From positions 126,019 through 190,018 of IMG/VR virus record IMGVR_UViG_3300028603_000021: a stretch of 64,000 nucleotides of DNA. One strand, given 5' to 3'. This document shows positions 46,632 through 55,596 of this stretch, in pieces (the stretch's first letter is position 1; every line of letters starts with the position of its first letter). The notes below the pieces were generated by a model. That model was not told the origin of the DNA and did not search any database. It saw nothing but the letters and a program-made list of their open reading frames with translations. The position numbers were made by a program, and so were the translations under genes. This DNA comes from a virus. Its lineage: Duplodnaviria; Caudoviricetes.

Positions 46632-46973
46632 GTGCTTGTTTTAGCAGTAATCGGCGTTGTCTCTGTAGTGCTTATCTCTCTCACAGCCGTCTGGGTTTGG
46701 TGGTCGATAGCCACGGACAGCACGTTCACAGCGAGCGTTGCGAACACTATAGCTAGAAATCCGAAAGAAAAAGCGCTGCACGCGGAGCTTAAGCAGATAG
46801 AGAACTACATCAAACTATCAGCGAAAGACGGGAATTTTTCCTGTCTCTACAGCACCTTCTACCACGACAGACGCGAGATAGCAGACGCCCTGCGTGGCAA
46901 AGGATTTTCTGTAGACACCGTAGACAACACAAAACTTCTGAAAATCTCTTGGGAGAAGCCATGGACAACATAA
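46632..46973 (+). CDS. Membrane-anchored hypothetical protein
   Basis: N-terminal TM helix; GGGAGG RBS. Confidence 0.55.
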   Translation: MLVLAVIGVVSVVLISLTAVWVWWSIATDSTFTASVANTIARNPKEKALHAELKQIENYIKLSAKDGNFSCLYSTFYHDRREIADALRGKGFSVDTVDNTKLLKISWEKPWTT

Positions 46974-47362
46974 AAGCAGTACACGTCCTATACGACGAGG
47001 CTGTAGAAGAAGCTATAGACTTGTTTGCACAGATAGTAAGAGGAAGTACTGACGAGGTTTTCGCCGGGGATTATAACTACGTTGTCGAGGATGCTGTAGA
47101 GGGTAACGTTCTAGTAGACTTTTCTGGCAGCCGCGTCGTGTTCTACTACCCTATGACGTATGAATACGAGATCCCCGAGGAAGTAGTCAGCGGAAAGCTT
47201 ACTGTGGACGAGTTCGTAACTCGTGCTAACGAAGAAAGCCGCCTAGAAAAGATAAAGAGAACTAGACAACGTGTGGCCGACTACAAGAAACGCATAGAAG
47301 AGCTTCAAGAAGGGATAGACATGATGGAAATTGAGTTGCTCTCATCACTCTCATATCCCTGA
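46961..47362 (+). CDS. Hypothetical protein
   Basis: GGAG RBS before the ATG at 46961; C-terminal coiled coil. Confidence 0.55.
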   Translation: MDNIKAVHVLYDEAVEEAIDLFAQIVRGSTDEVFAGDYNYVVEDAVEGNVLVDFSGSRVVFYYPMTYEYEIPEEVVSGKLTVDEFVTRANEESRLEKIKRTRQRVADYKKRIEELQEGIDMMEIELLSSLSYP

Positions 47363-47409
47363 GAGGTATCCTCCTAGACAAACGGCAAGAGCCGGGAAAG
47401 GAAGTATGA

Positions 47410-47604
47410 GTGAGTAAAGACGACAAGGTTATCCTGATCGAGTGGGAGAACTACGCTAACTCGATCCCCCTGAGGGTCACGATGACCACGAAGAGGGACG
47501 CGGATCTCAGAGCGAACAAGTTCCGCGCAAGCAGAAGCCGCAGAGCAGATGTGCTCCCCCTGACCAAGGAGAACAAAGCCCTCTACCTCTGGTCACTTCG
47601 GTGA
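47410..47604 (+). CDS. Small hypothetical protein
   Basis: GTGA overlap with the macrodomain gene. Confidence 0.5.
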   Translation: MSKDDKVILIEWENYANSIPLRVTMTTKRDADLRANKFRASRSRRADVLPLTKENKALYLWSLR

Positions 47605-48056
47605 CCTCGAAGCGCCCCTCCTACCAGAGGGGCACTTCTATTTTTGATAGCGGTTGCGAAGCCCTGGTCAACCCAGTTAACTGCTACGGAGTCATGGGGG
47701 CAGGACTAGCCAGGGAATTCAAGAAAAAATACCCAGCTATGTTCTCTGTCTACCTGCATGACTGTACCCACGGGTTAGTAACCCCAGGCAGGGTTCACAT
47801 CGTGCTGGTTCCGAATTCCCCGCTGATCATAAACCTCCCCACCAAAAACCATTTTTCAGAGAAAAGCAGACTATCTTACATCGAAGACGGCCTGGAAGAT
47901 ATGGTAGAGAGGCTGAACGACAGTGATGTGAAATCCGTGGCGATACCTGCCCTAGGTGGAAGGCTGATGTGGAGAGACGTTGAACCTCTCATCCTGGAAG
48001 CTGCCGAAAAGATGAAGGCAGATGTAGTCATTTTCCCGCCACAAGGTTTGAGATAA
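47601..48056 (+). CDS. Macrodomain protein (DarG/TARG1-like)
   Basis: ALVNPVNCYGVMGAGLAREFKKKYP, IINLPTKNH, SVAIPALG. Confidence 0.85.
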   Translation: MTSKRPSYQRGTSIFDSGCEALVNPVNCYGVMGAGLAREFKKKYPAMFSVYLHDCTHGLVTPGRVHIVLVPNSPLIINLPTKNHFSEKSRLSYIEDGLEDMVERLNDSDVKSVAIPALGGRLMWRDVEPLILEAAEKMKADVVIFPPQGLR

Positions 48057-48090
48057 TCTAGAGCGACATCCTATACTTGGGTATAGGAGT

Positions 48091-48651
48091 GTGCTTATGA
48101 GCAAACCAGACAGAGATCTCAGCAAGCTTCATCCAGAGTTCAGGCGCAGGCTTATGCTAGCATTCGACCGCTACAGAAGACTTTACGGTACAGACGATCC
48201 CCCCTTCGTAACAGAGGGGTACAGAAGCCCCGAAAGACAGACAGAGCTTTACGCCATAGGCCGTACAAAACCGGGAAGGAAGGTTACAAACGCTAGGGCG
48301 GGAGAAAGCATACATCAGTACGGGCTTGCCGCAGATATCGCGTTCACATATTCTCTGTACAGCGACCTAGAGAAGTTCATCAACTTCGGCAGGATAGCTG
48401 AGGGAGTAGGGCTGATATCTGGAGCGTTCTGGACGGGAGGATTTACAGATAACCCCCATATACAGGCAGACATAACCGCGCATGACGCTAAGGAAGGAAA
48501 AGAACCCCGCTGGGGAAAGATAAAGATCTTCGACCAGACCAACCAGCACATAGACAGGGTTTTTGTTATACACGACGGGGAGCAAGAAGAGCTAGACGTA
48601 GACGTGATAAACAAGGTTGGAAACAAGCTCTACATAAAGCTCTTATCATAG
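48091..48651 (+). CDS. Peptidase M15-family endolysin (L-Ala-D-Glu peptidase-like)
   Basis: EGYRSPERQTELYAIGRT, VTNARAGESIHQYGLAADI, DNPHIQ. Confidence 0.85.
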   Translation: MLMSKPDRDLSKLHPEFRRRLMLAFDRYRRLYGTDDPPFVTEGYRSPERQTELYAIGRTKPGRKVTNARAGESIHQYGLAADIAFTYSLYSDLEKFINFGRIAEGVGLISGAFWTGGFTDNPHIQADITAHDAKEGKEPRWGKIKIFDQTNQHIDRVFVIHDGEQEELDVDVINKVGNKLYIKLLS

Positions 48652-48682
48652 TTCTCATGTAGCTTCTGGTTATCATACGTTT

Positions 48683-48928
48683 ATGAGAAAGGTTTATCTT
48701 TTAGACGACAGCGACCAGATAGAGGCAACGGACTACGCACGTCCGTTAGTACTCTTCTACCTCCACGACGGGCGCGTGCCTGAGCACTCCCAGTACTCTG
48801 GCAGGAAGATAAACCACCTCAGCTGGCTTCCAGTGGCAGAAATCGCCCAGCAGTGGATAGGGGCTACCGTGGAGGAATTCAACAACATAGGTATACCCTA
48901 TGAGTTTGTGAGGGGATATGAGGGATAA
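48683..48928 (+). CDS. Hypothetical protein (leaderless)
   Basis: TATCAT 6 nt upstream of the ATG. Confidence 0.55.
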   Translation: MRKVYLLDDSDQIEATDYARPLVLFYLHDGRVPEHSQYSGRKINHLSWLPVAEIAQQWIGATVEEFNNIGIPYEFVRGYEG

Positions 48929-49076
48929 AGTTGCACACTTCCTAGCTAACCTAGCCTTGCGGATAGCAACACCGTGGTACCGCCAGAGGATAGCGGGATT
49001 CATAGAGTACGGCATGAGGGCAAACATGCGAGACGCCAACGAAGGAAATCCGCCCCCTCCAGACTGGAGAAAATGA
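48918..49076 (+). CDS. 52-aa hypothetical protein
   Basis: Manual translation MRDKVAHFLANLALRIATPWYRQRIAGFIEYG...; GAGGGG RBS; ATGA coupling to the next gene. Confidence 0.45.
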   Translation: MRDKVAHFLANLALRIATPWYRQRIAGFIEYGMRANMRDANEGNPPPPDWRK

Positions 49077-49582
49077 TGCAGGTGTTGTCAGGTTTTATGA
49101 CCTATGAGTTACTTTTGGCATTGGAACTCGCCGGAGAGTCCACCCGCAGGGCGGAGATGCTATGGAAAGCTTCCGTGGAGAAACGTCTCGGTGAGCTGGG
49201 GTTCTACGTTCAGCACCACAAAGGAGACGCCTCCGGTGTTTATGATGCGCGTGACACTCCCGTGGTGGCGTATTCGGGAGGAGAGGAGCGCGAAAGGTAT
49301 CGTTACTTCGAAGAGCTATTCCTTAATGGTGTGGCCGAGTACACGGCGCATGCCACCAGCGGAGTCACCTCTGATGGCTCCCTATTTGAGGGAGTGGTGC
49401 TTAGACCGGACGGGTGGATGCCTTATGACCCACTAAAGCACGCCCTGTCAGAGAAGAATGTTGAGCATTGCCATCTTGAGGCCGGGGAACGCTATGTTAC
49501 CCGTTATGTTGAACGCGGCGGGAAGAAGCGTCTTGTGGTAAGCAGGTATGAACAGCCTGTGCGTATGTGGGAGCATAAATGA
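49073..49582 (+). CDS. Hypothetical protein
   Basis: Start reassigned to the ATGA overlap with GGAG RBS. Confidence 0.5.
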   Translation: MMQVLSGFMTYELLLALELAGESTRRAEMLWKASVEKRLGELGFYVQHHKGDASGVYDARDTPVVAYSGGEERERYRYFEELFLNGVAEYTAHATSGVTSDGSLFEGVVLRPDGWMPYDPLKHALSEKNVEHCHLEAGERYVTRYVERGGKKRLVVSRYEQPVRMWEHK

Positions 49583-49953
49583 GCCGGTATTTTTTTGACC
49601 CGGGGCTTCCCGGTAGGACTGGTTTCTGGTTTCCGGAGGATAAGGACATGGACAACTGGCCAAGCGCCATGGGTTACCAGGTTGACGACCCATTTCACTA
49701 TATTCGTGAGGAGGTTAGGTTGACCTTCGTAGAAACGTACGTACACCTGCGGGATGAGGCTCGGGAAATACTTACCAAGATATCCGGGGAGCTAAAGGAT
49801 ATCAGCCCCATGTATAATGAATTGGCATGGCAGCTTGAGAATGCGAAGGATATTCTTTATGACCCGGAAAATGACACCCTGAGGCTTATTGGAGATGGAT
49901 TCTCAAGCGCCTGGGATATTCCTATTGATATCCCAGAGGACTTCATAGCGTAG
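49579..49953 (+). CDS. Hypothetical protein
   Basis: Coupled start; GGAG RBS. Confidence 0.55.
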   Translation: MSRYFFDPGLPGRTGFWFPEDKDMDNWPSAMGYQVDDPFHYIREEVRLTFVETYVHLRDEAREILTKISGELKDISPMYNELAWQLENAKDILYDPENDTLRLIGDGFSSAWDIPIDIPEDFIA

Positions 49954-49971
49954 CAAAAGGAGCTTTACCCC

Positions 49972-52443
49972 CTAGCCTATAACTAAGGCCTCCTTCACAC
50001 CGCTGTTAACGAACCCTGGAGAGCTGATAGGATATATCACCCTTCCGCCGTTGCCAGCGTAACATACACCTGACAGCCCGATTTCACTGTGTTTGGTGAC
50101 AGGGATCGACTCAAAAACCCCGGTGTCCAGGTTAAACCTCACAAATCCTGTCTGCTGTGGTGCGTAAGCATAGTTTCCGATTGTGACAGCTGTTTCCCCG
50201 ACAAAGTTCTGTGGGGGAGTCTCATCCATATAGACTGTCACCCATGAATCAGACGCTGGAAGATAGTTTAGTATCACGTAGTTCTCTATTAGCCTGCCCT
50301 CGGTAGCATCCCATCTCATGTGTGTACCAAACACAACCAGTTTATCCGCCGTGTGCGCAAAGCTTAACGACAGAGACATAGTAGAGTTAAGAGGATCTTG
50401 GAGAGGAAACGAGAAAGTCGCCCCTGGGGTGGAAGAAACCCCGTCCTGAGAATATCTCTGTATAAAGATGTATGGGTACAAGCCGCTACGCCTTGTAGCT
50501 ATGATAAAATCCCCGTTTGGAGCTTCCATACCAGCAGCTGATGGTATAGTTCCTGAACCAGTAAGCAGGGGCAGGTTTGTGCTTGTCAGGGTATCAACAT
50601 CTAACGTAACTGGCTGTGACGTTCCGTTGAGGATACCAACAAACTTTGAACTAGTCTGCCATTTACCTAACGCATACCCTAATGTCTTTGTGAGTGGGAT
50701 ATCTCCTACATATGCATGGTTCCCGTCTGTCAGGGTTGATACGGAGTAAGACTTAGGGGAGTAGTTGTAGGTCAGGGCATACACCGGGTTTTGCGGTGTC
50801 GGAACTTCGTTCTGAGGGACAACCAGCTCTGGTGTCAGCTCTGCACTCATGGGCATAGACCATGTGCTGTCCCACGGCGGATAGAATCCTGGCTCTATGC
50901 TGGTAGGAAGTTCCCTGGTGATTCCGAACTCTAGCCACTCGCTCCCGGCTTCTCCATCAGTCACTTTCAGTATGCCTGCTCCTATGTCGGAATACATCAG
51001 TATCCCAGCAGTATCAGCAGCTAGAACGGCGAACTCGTCTGGGCTCTGACCGCTACCAGCCGTTAAACGCTTGACTGACTTATCTGTGAAGTTTATCTCT
51101 GCTAGTATCCCTGTATCTCCAGGGAAATAAGCCCTGTCACCGACAACAAGAGGCAGAGCCATGTAGTTTATATAAGGGTGGACTGCGCTGTTGTAAGGTA
51201 TCTCTGTGATATTCCAGGTTTCTAGGTCTATGAAGGCCATGTTGTTAGTGTTGTCGTCTTGGATGAAAAGAACCCCGGAAGGAGACATAGCAAATTTATC
51301 CATGTCATAAACTATCTCAAGGTCAGCTTGATGGGTTTTAACTCCGGTTTCGTGGTCTATCTCGATCACCGTAGTTCCTTCTGGGTATGCGATAGAAGGA
51401 TTACCCTCGGTGATGATATTTCCGTTGAGCGGATTTACCGAAAAGGTTTCGCTGCCCTTGTAGGTAGCATCGTAGTCGTAAGACCATGCAAGTGACCCGT
51501 CAAGGACGTTGTATGCATATATCTTCTCGTAGTCGGACAGAAACACCTTAGTGCCGTCCAGAGAGTGCTTGACGTTGCAGAGGACATTCATACCCCAGTC
51601 AACACTCATACCTGCGCCGTAGGTCGAGTCTACTTGTATCGCCTGTCCGTCCCACCACAGGCGGAACACGGGGCTGCCGGGAGAGTTGTAAGGCACAACG
51701 ACCATCGACCCGTCTGGCAACGCTATCATGTTAGAGTAGTCACTGGTGCTCAGGGACGTAGCAGCAAGCGTTCCTTGCCTTATATCTGTTATCAGGTATA
51801 CGTCAGCACCGTTGAGCATCCATATCTTATCTTTGTCTACCAACACGTCCTCAGCGTCGAGTGTTCCCTCCCCAGTGCCGAACCAGTCGGCTTTATAGAC
51901 AAGAACCTCACCGCTGGTTTTATCTATCACTGTCAACGGGCTGTATAGAACATAGGTGTCGCCTGTGTCAACCACACCGGTATAGTAGGTGTTTGGGTTC
52001 ACTCTTTCGGCTATGATGTTCTTGATAGACTTATGGGTGTATACCCTAGGTGTGCTGATGGCAGGAAAATCCCCGCCGAAAATGAAAGAATAATCTAGCT
52101 CAGACCCAGTAGTAGTGTTGTACAGAACCGGACTCCCGTCCTCTCGGAAGATTATAAGGTATGCTCCGTATATGCTTGACACAACAAAACCAGAGGTAAC
52201 AGCGTCTGTTGGTTCTAGTATGTAGTCGTAGACACCCTCCTCTGGCGGCGTGTCTAGTCTGGCATACCCGTTGCGCGTAATCCCTATCTTAGGAAATATG
52301 TTGTTCAGTTCCGATGTTGATGCTACTAAGCGACCCTTAACCAAGGTTGAGTTCCTCCTAGACCGTATGATACCACGTGGTGGGTGGATATATCTGATGT
52401 TTCTCACAGCTAGACAGGGTAACATCAGACGTGTGTAAACCAC
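49972..52443 (-). CDS. Large beta-rich (beta-propeller-like) protein; start uncertain
   Basis: SLDGTKVFL, YNVLDGSLAWSY, MSPSGVLFI blade-like motifs; solitary minus-strand gene. Confidence 0.55.
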   Translation of the reverse strand: MVYTRLMLPCLAVRNIRYIHPPRGIIRSRRNSTLVKGRLVASTSELNNIFPKIGITRNGYARLDTPPEEGVYDYILEPTDAVTSGFVVSSIYGAYLIIFREDGSPVLYNTTTGSELDYSFIFGGDFPAISTPRVYTHKSIKNIIAERVNPNTYYTGVVDTGDTYVLYSPLTVIDKTSGEVLVYKADWFGTGEGTLDAEDVLVDKDKIWMLNGADVYLITDIRQGTLAATSLSTSDYSNMIALPDGSMVVVPYNSPGSPVFRLWWDGQAIQVDSTYGAGMSVDWGMNVLCNVKHSLDGTKVFLSDYEKIYAYNVLDGSLAWSYDYDATYKGSETFSVNPLNGNIITEGNPSIAYPEGTTVIEIDHETGVKTHQADLEIVYDMDKFAMSPSGVLFIQDDNTNNMAFIDLETWNITEIPYNSAVHPYINYMALPLVVGDRAYFPGDTGILAEINFTDKSVKRLTAGSGQSPDEFAVLAADTAGILMYSDIGAGILKVTDGEAGSEWLEFGITRELPTSIEPGFYPPWDSTWSMPMSAELTPELVVPQNEVPTPQNPVYALTYNYSPKSYSVSTLTDGNHAYVGDIPLTKTLGYALGKWQTSSKFVGILNGTSQPVTLDVDTLTSTNLPLLTGSGTIPSAAGMEAPNGDFIIATRRSGLYPYIFIQRYSQDGVSSTPGATFSFPLQDPLNSTMSLSLSFAHTADKLVVFGTHMRWDATEGRLIENYVILNYLPASDSWVTVYMDETPPQNFVGETAVTIGNYAYAPQQTGFVRFNLDTGVFESIPVTKHSEIGLSGVCYAGNGGRVIYPISSPGFVNSGVKEALVIG

Positions 52444-52618
52444 TGAAGATGCTGAAAGGATAAGCTAGGAGAGGAAACAAAGATAGAAAGGAGAGGGCGG
52501 ATTGCTGAGATGTTCGCAGATAAGTTTCCTACGTTCTCGCAAGAAAACATACCTGAGTGGGAGGCTCACTTGGATGGTATGTTGTATGACTTGCTGAAAG
52601 AGAAGCTTAGGTGGTAGT

Positions 52619-52960
52619 TCTGAGAAGTTGTCTGAGAAAGCATCTGTAGAGTCTGAGAAAATATCTACAATTTTTTCTGAGAGAACAAGAAGAGGGTAGA
52701 AAGGAATTCTGTAGGAAACCCCAGGGGTGGGAGACAGATAGGCAGCTTTGGTCCGTTTTTTTCTTTTGGGACTCCTGCTTTGGAAAGAAACCCCAGGGGT
52801 TTTCTCGGCTCCCGAGCGAGCGCCACGGCGCGGCAGGCCTCGTGCGCCACGGCGAGTTTTAACCCACCCGACCGATCGACCGACTGGCGTGCCCCCCCCC
52901 CACCGAGCACCTGCGGAGCCTGCGTGCCACCGAGCACCCGCACCCCCACCGAGCACCTGC
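52619..52960. repeat. Non-coding repeat cluster: TCTGAGA x4, GAAACCCCAGGGGT x2, CCACCGAGCACC x3, poly-C
   Basis: Read directly from the sequence; coincides with a rise in GC content. Confidence 0.7.
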
Positions 52961-53016
52961 GCCGCACATCTTTCTCACGAGACCTTGAGATAAACTATCA
53001 CCATAAAGGAGGCTAC

Positions 53017-53361
53017 ATGGATTGCGAAGCACTGACAGCTGAAAACGAGCGCCTGCGAGAGGTTCTGCGTGCCCTTGGCTGGGACGACACACAACCCGCC
53101 GAGGCGTGGGACAACGAAGACGGCGATCAGCTGGTAATCTACGGTACACACGACCCCGAGGAAGCGAGCGCCGCTGTCAACAGGTACCTCAAAGAGACTG
53201 GTACCTTCCTGGAAAATAATGCTATGCCCGACTGGGAGAACGACGCAGACCTGTTCTGGATACATCCCGCCTCTACCCTCTTGGAGGATTACGTCCCAGA
53301 GGAGCTAGTCAGCGACCAGTTCGTAGAGGGCTGGGTGCCGGGGATGATAGTGAACCTGTGA
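53017..53361 (+). CDS. Hypothetical protein
   Basis: AAGGAGG RBS; MDCEALTAENERLREVL. Confidence 0.65.
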   Translation: MDCEALTAENERLREVLRALGWDDTQPAEAWDNEDGDQLVIYGTHDPEEASAAVNRYLKETGTFLENNAMPDWENDADLFWIHPASTLLEDYVPEELVSDQFVEGWVPGMIVNL

Positions 53362-53543
53362 TTCTGGTAGCCTTAGGCTCTTTCTTCGCGGGTGCGTTAC
53401 TCATGTATCTCTTCATGCGTTCTGTCGCTTACCGTATGTACGAAGCAGCTGTGAACGCCGCCGAGTACGGGGGAGCCGACCCAGTGATGTTCATCGAGGG
53501 GCTTGAGAAACAGGGCATCCTCAGAAACCCGTCTAGGCCATGA
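53358..53543 (+). CDS. Small membrane protein
   Basis: N-terminal TM helix; GTGA/ATGA overlaps. Confidence 0.55.
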   Translation: MILVALGSFFAGALLMYLFMRSVAYRMYEAAVNAAEYGGADPVMFIEGLEKQGILRNPSRP

Positions 53544-53992
53544 AGAAGTTCCGCAAGAAGCCCGTCGCGGTCGAAGCGATGCAGTGGACAGGCAACAATA
53601 CCGGAGCCGTCATGGAGTGGGCGGGAGAGCGTCGGAACCCCGACACCGGCGAGCTAGAGCTCACGTTCGTGCCCCTCGCCTACCTGCGCCCGAAGCTCTG
53701 GGTGGCGGCGAACAGCGCCTGGGTGGAGGTCGAGCCGGACGAGTGGTTCATCCGCGATGCCCGAGGCGTGTACCCCTGCAAGCCCGACATCTTCGAGGCC
53801 ACCTACGAGCCTGCTGACACGCCTGCGCGTGACGAGGCGGCAGAACTAAGGGCGGCACTAGAAGCCGTTTGGTCGTGGCTGCGCAGCGAGTTCCCCGCTG
53901 CGCCGGATAGCGGCAACTCTGTGGAAAAGTTTGCCGAGCAGATATGGCGCACTGTCTGTACCGCTCTCGCCACGTCTGAGGGGCAGTCGTGA
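53540..53992 (+). CDS. Cassette gene 1: conserved phage domain (KFRKKPV...YPCKPDIFEATYE) + repeat A + variable tail + repeat B
   Basis: Contains RDEAAELRA and ends ALATSEGQS. Confidence 0.75.
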   Translation: MKKFRKKPVAVEAMQWTGNNTGAVMEWAGERRNPDTGELELTFVPLAYLRPKLWVAANSAWVEVEPDEWFIRDARGVYPCKPDIFEATYEPADTPARDEAAELRAALEAVWSWLRSEFPAAPDSGNSVEKFAEQIWRTVCTALATSEGQS

Positions 53993-54435
53993 GTGGCGAG
54001 CCGGAAGCCCTCGCGCTCACCGCCGATGAGTTCGAGGCGACCGCCAGGCGCATCACGCATCAATGGATGCGCCACCTGGGTTACAAGCAGCACGCCATCG
54101 ACGGGGCCGAGCAACTGGCGGAGGATGACACCCCCATCGACATCGACGACCCCGCTGCCGACGCCATACGCGACCTGTTGGACTCTGGCGAGCTGGTGAT
54201 GTTCGTGATGGAGCGCCTTGCGGGTTTGTCAGAGGTGGGCGTGCCTGTCGCGGCGCGTGACGAGGCGGCAGAACTAAGGGCCGAGAACGCCGAACTCAGA
54301 GCGGCTGCGGAGGAAGCTCTTGAGGCTATCAAGCATCAACAACGCGACCCCGCATACCACTTCGCGTTTCTGCTCTTGCAAAGAGCCGCCAGGAGACTCC
54401 GCGCCGCCCTAAGCGCGTCCGAGGGGCAGTCGTGA
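53989..54435 (+). CDS. Cassette gene 2
   Basis: MSGEPE...RDEAAELRA...ALSASEGQS. Confidence 0.7.
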   Translation: MSGEPEALALTADEFEATARRITHQWMRHLGYKQHAIDGAEQLAEDDTPIDIDDPAADAIRDLLDSGELVMFVMERLAGLSEVGVPVAARDEAAELRAENAELRAAAEEALEAIKHQQRDPAYHFAFLLLQRAARRLRAALSASEGQS

Positions 54436-54872
54436 GCGGCGAGCCGGAAAGCCTCACGCCGCCGTGGGCGTACTACCGCCGCACCGGACTGAGCGAGATG
54501 CGGCCCTACGTACCGAAGGAACCTCTGGCCACCATCAGTGTGAGTGCACCGGACATGGACACCATCACCAGGGCGCTCACAGAGGGTCGTGACCCTGGTG
54601 GGTACGTTGCCAGGAACCCCAAGAACCATGCTGACCAGTGGTACGTGGCGCAGGCGTACTTCAACGAGAACCTGGAGCCTGCCGATACTCCGGCGCGTGA
54701 TGACGCCGCCGAACTGAGGGCGGCGCTACGGGAGTGGTCGGAGGCAAACAGGGCGTGCTCCCAGTGGGTTGCAGGCACAGGCGGCAACGACCAAGACGAG
54801 CTTCCACTTGCGCGGCTGAGCCGCGCAGAGAGGCACCTGCACGCCCTCGCCGCGTCCGAGGGGCAGCCGTGA
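54432..54872 (+). CDS. Cassette gene 3
   Basis: MSGEPE...ARNPKNHADQWYV...EPADTPARDDAAELRA...ALAASEGQP. Confidence 0.7.
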   Translation: MSGEPESLTPPWAYYRRTGLSEMRPYVPKEPLATISVSAPDMDTITRALTEGRDPGGYVARNPKNHADQWYVAQAYFNENLEPADTPARDDAAELRAALREWSEANRACSQWVAGTGGNDQDELPLARLSRAERHLHALAASEGQP

Positions 54873-55144
54873 AGCGCAAGGGATTCAGGAGAGCCGACCT
54901 GCATGCGAAGATCAAGAGTGACCCCGAGTTCGCTATCCACCTCGTGGAAGCGCAGAGTACGGACTACGGTGAGTTGCTGCGAGAGTACAACTCCCTCAGG
55001 GCCACTAACGAGCGGTTGGAGAAGGCACTGCGCGAGATAGCAGAGTCGCGCTCCTGGTGCGGCACCGACCACGATACAGACATCTACTGGCGCTTCGCTG
55101 ACATGGCCGAGCGCGCTCTCGCCGCGTCCGAGGGGCAGCCGTGA
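54869..55144 (+). CDS. Cassette gene 4
   Basis: GTG start inside repeat B; ends ALAASEGQP. Confidence 0.7.
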   Translation: MKRKGFRRADLHAKIKSDPEFAIHLVEAQSTDYGELLREYNSLRATNERLEKALREIAESRSWCGTDHDTDIYWRFADMAERALAASEGQP

Positions 55145-55497
55145 GCGAGCTTCGGCCAGGAGCAGTGTTTACCACGCCCTACCCATTCGTGCGAGACACC
55201 TACCACAGCGTGAATGGCCCGATTCCGACGTGGAGGCCGGGCGTGCGGGTCGAGTTGTTATCGCATGGATGGGAGGAGGTGGCTGACGCCGTGGGGGAGA
55301 TGCATTTGCGTGTCATCTCAACCCACAAGCCGGGGCATTATCCGGAGCGCGTGTTTTACACCCGCCGATGGCGCGACCCGGAAAGGCATATGTTTGGAGC
55401 TTCTTCCCTCAAGGTCGCCACGACCTACAAGTTCAGGAGTCTTATGGCAGGTTACTCGTCACAATACCGACTTCAGGACGGAAAGGAGCAACCATGA
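55141..55497 (+). CDS. Cassette gene 5
   Basis: GTG start inside repeat B; ends GKEQP with an ATGA overlap. Confidence 0.65.
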   Translation: MSELRPGAVFTTPYPFVRDTYHSVNGPIPTWRPGVRVELLSHGWEEVADAVGEMHLRVISTHKPGHYPERVFYTRRWRDPERHMFGASSLKVATTYKFRSLMAGYSSQYRLQDGKEQP

Positions 55498-55596
55498 AAT
55501 CTAGAAGCATCTATCAAATGACGCCACGCGAGGCATGGGAAGCAGTCTGGGAGCAGGCTATCGGTACCTGCCGCTACGTGTATGAGGAGGAAGAAC

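Larger units (their letters stand above)
53825..55144 (+). repeat. Alternating repeats A (GCGCGTGACGAGGCGGCAGAACTAAGGGC) and B (GCGTCCGAGGGGCAG(T/C)CGTGA)
   Basis: A at 53825, 54253 and ~54693; B ending at 53992, 54435, 54872 and 55144. Confidence 0.9.

Noticed and set aside
52465-52993. Overlapping Arg/Gly/Pro-rich ORFs on both strands
   Set aside because: Low-complexity translations of a repeat region; the real downstream gene starts at 53017.
53825-55144. CRISPR array or integron attC interpretation of the repeats
   Set aside because: Intervening segments are ~110-270 nt and coding, the repeats are in-frame coding sequence, and there is no cas gene, integrase or attC structure.
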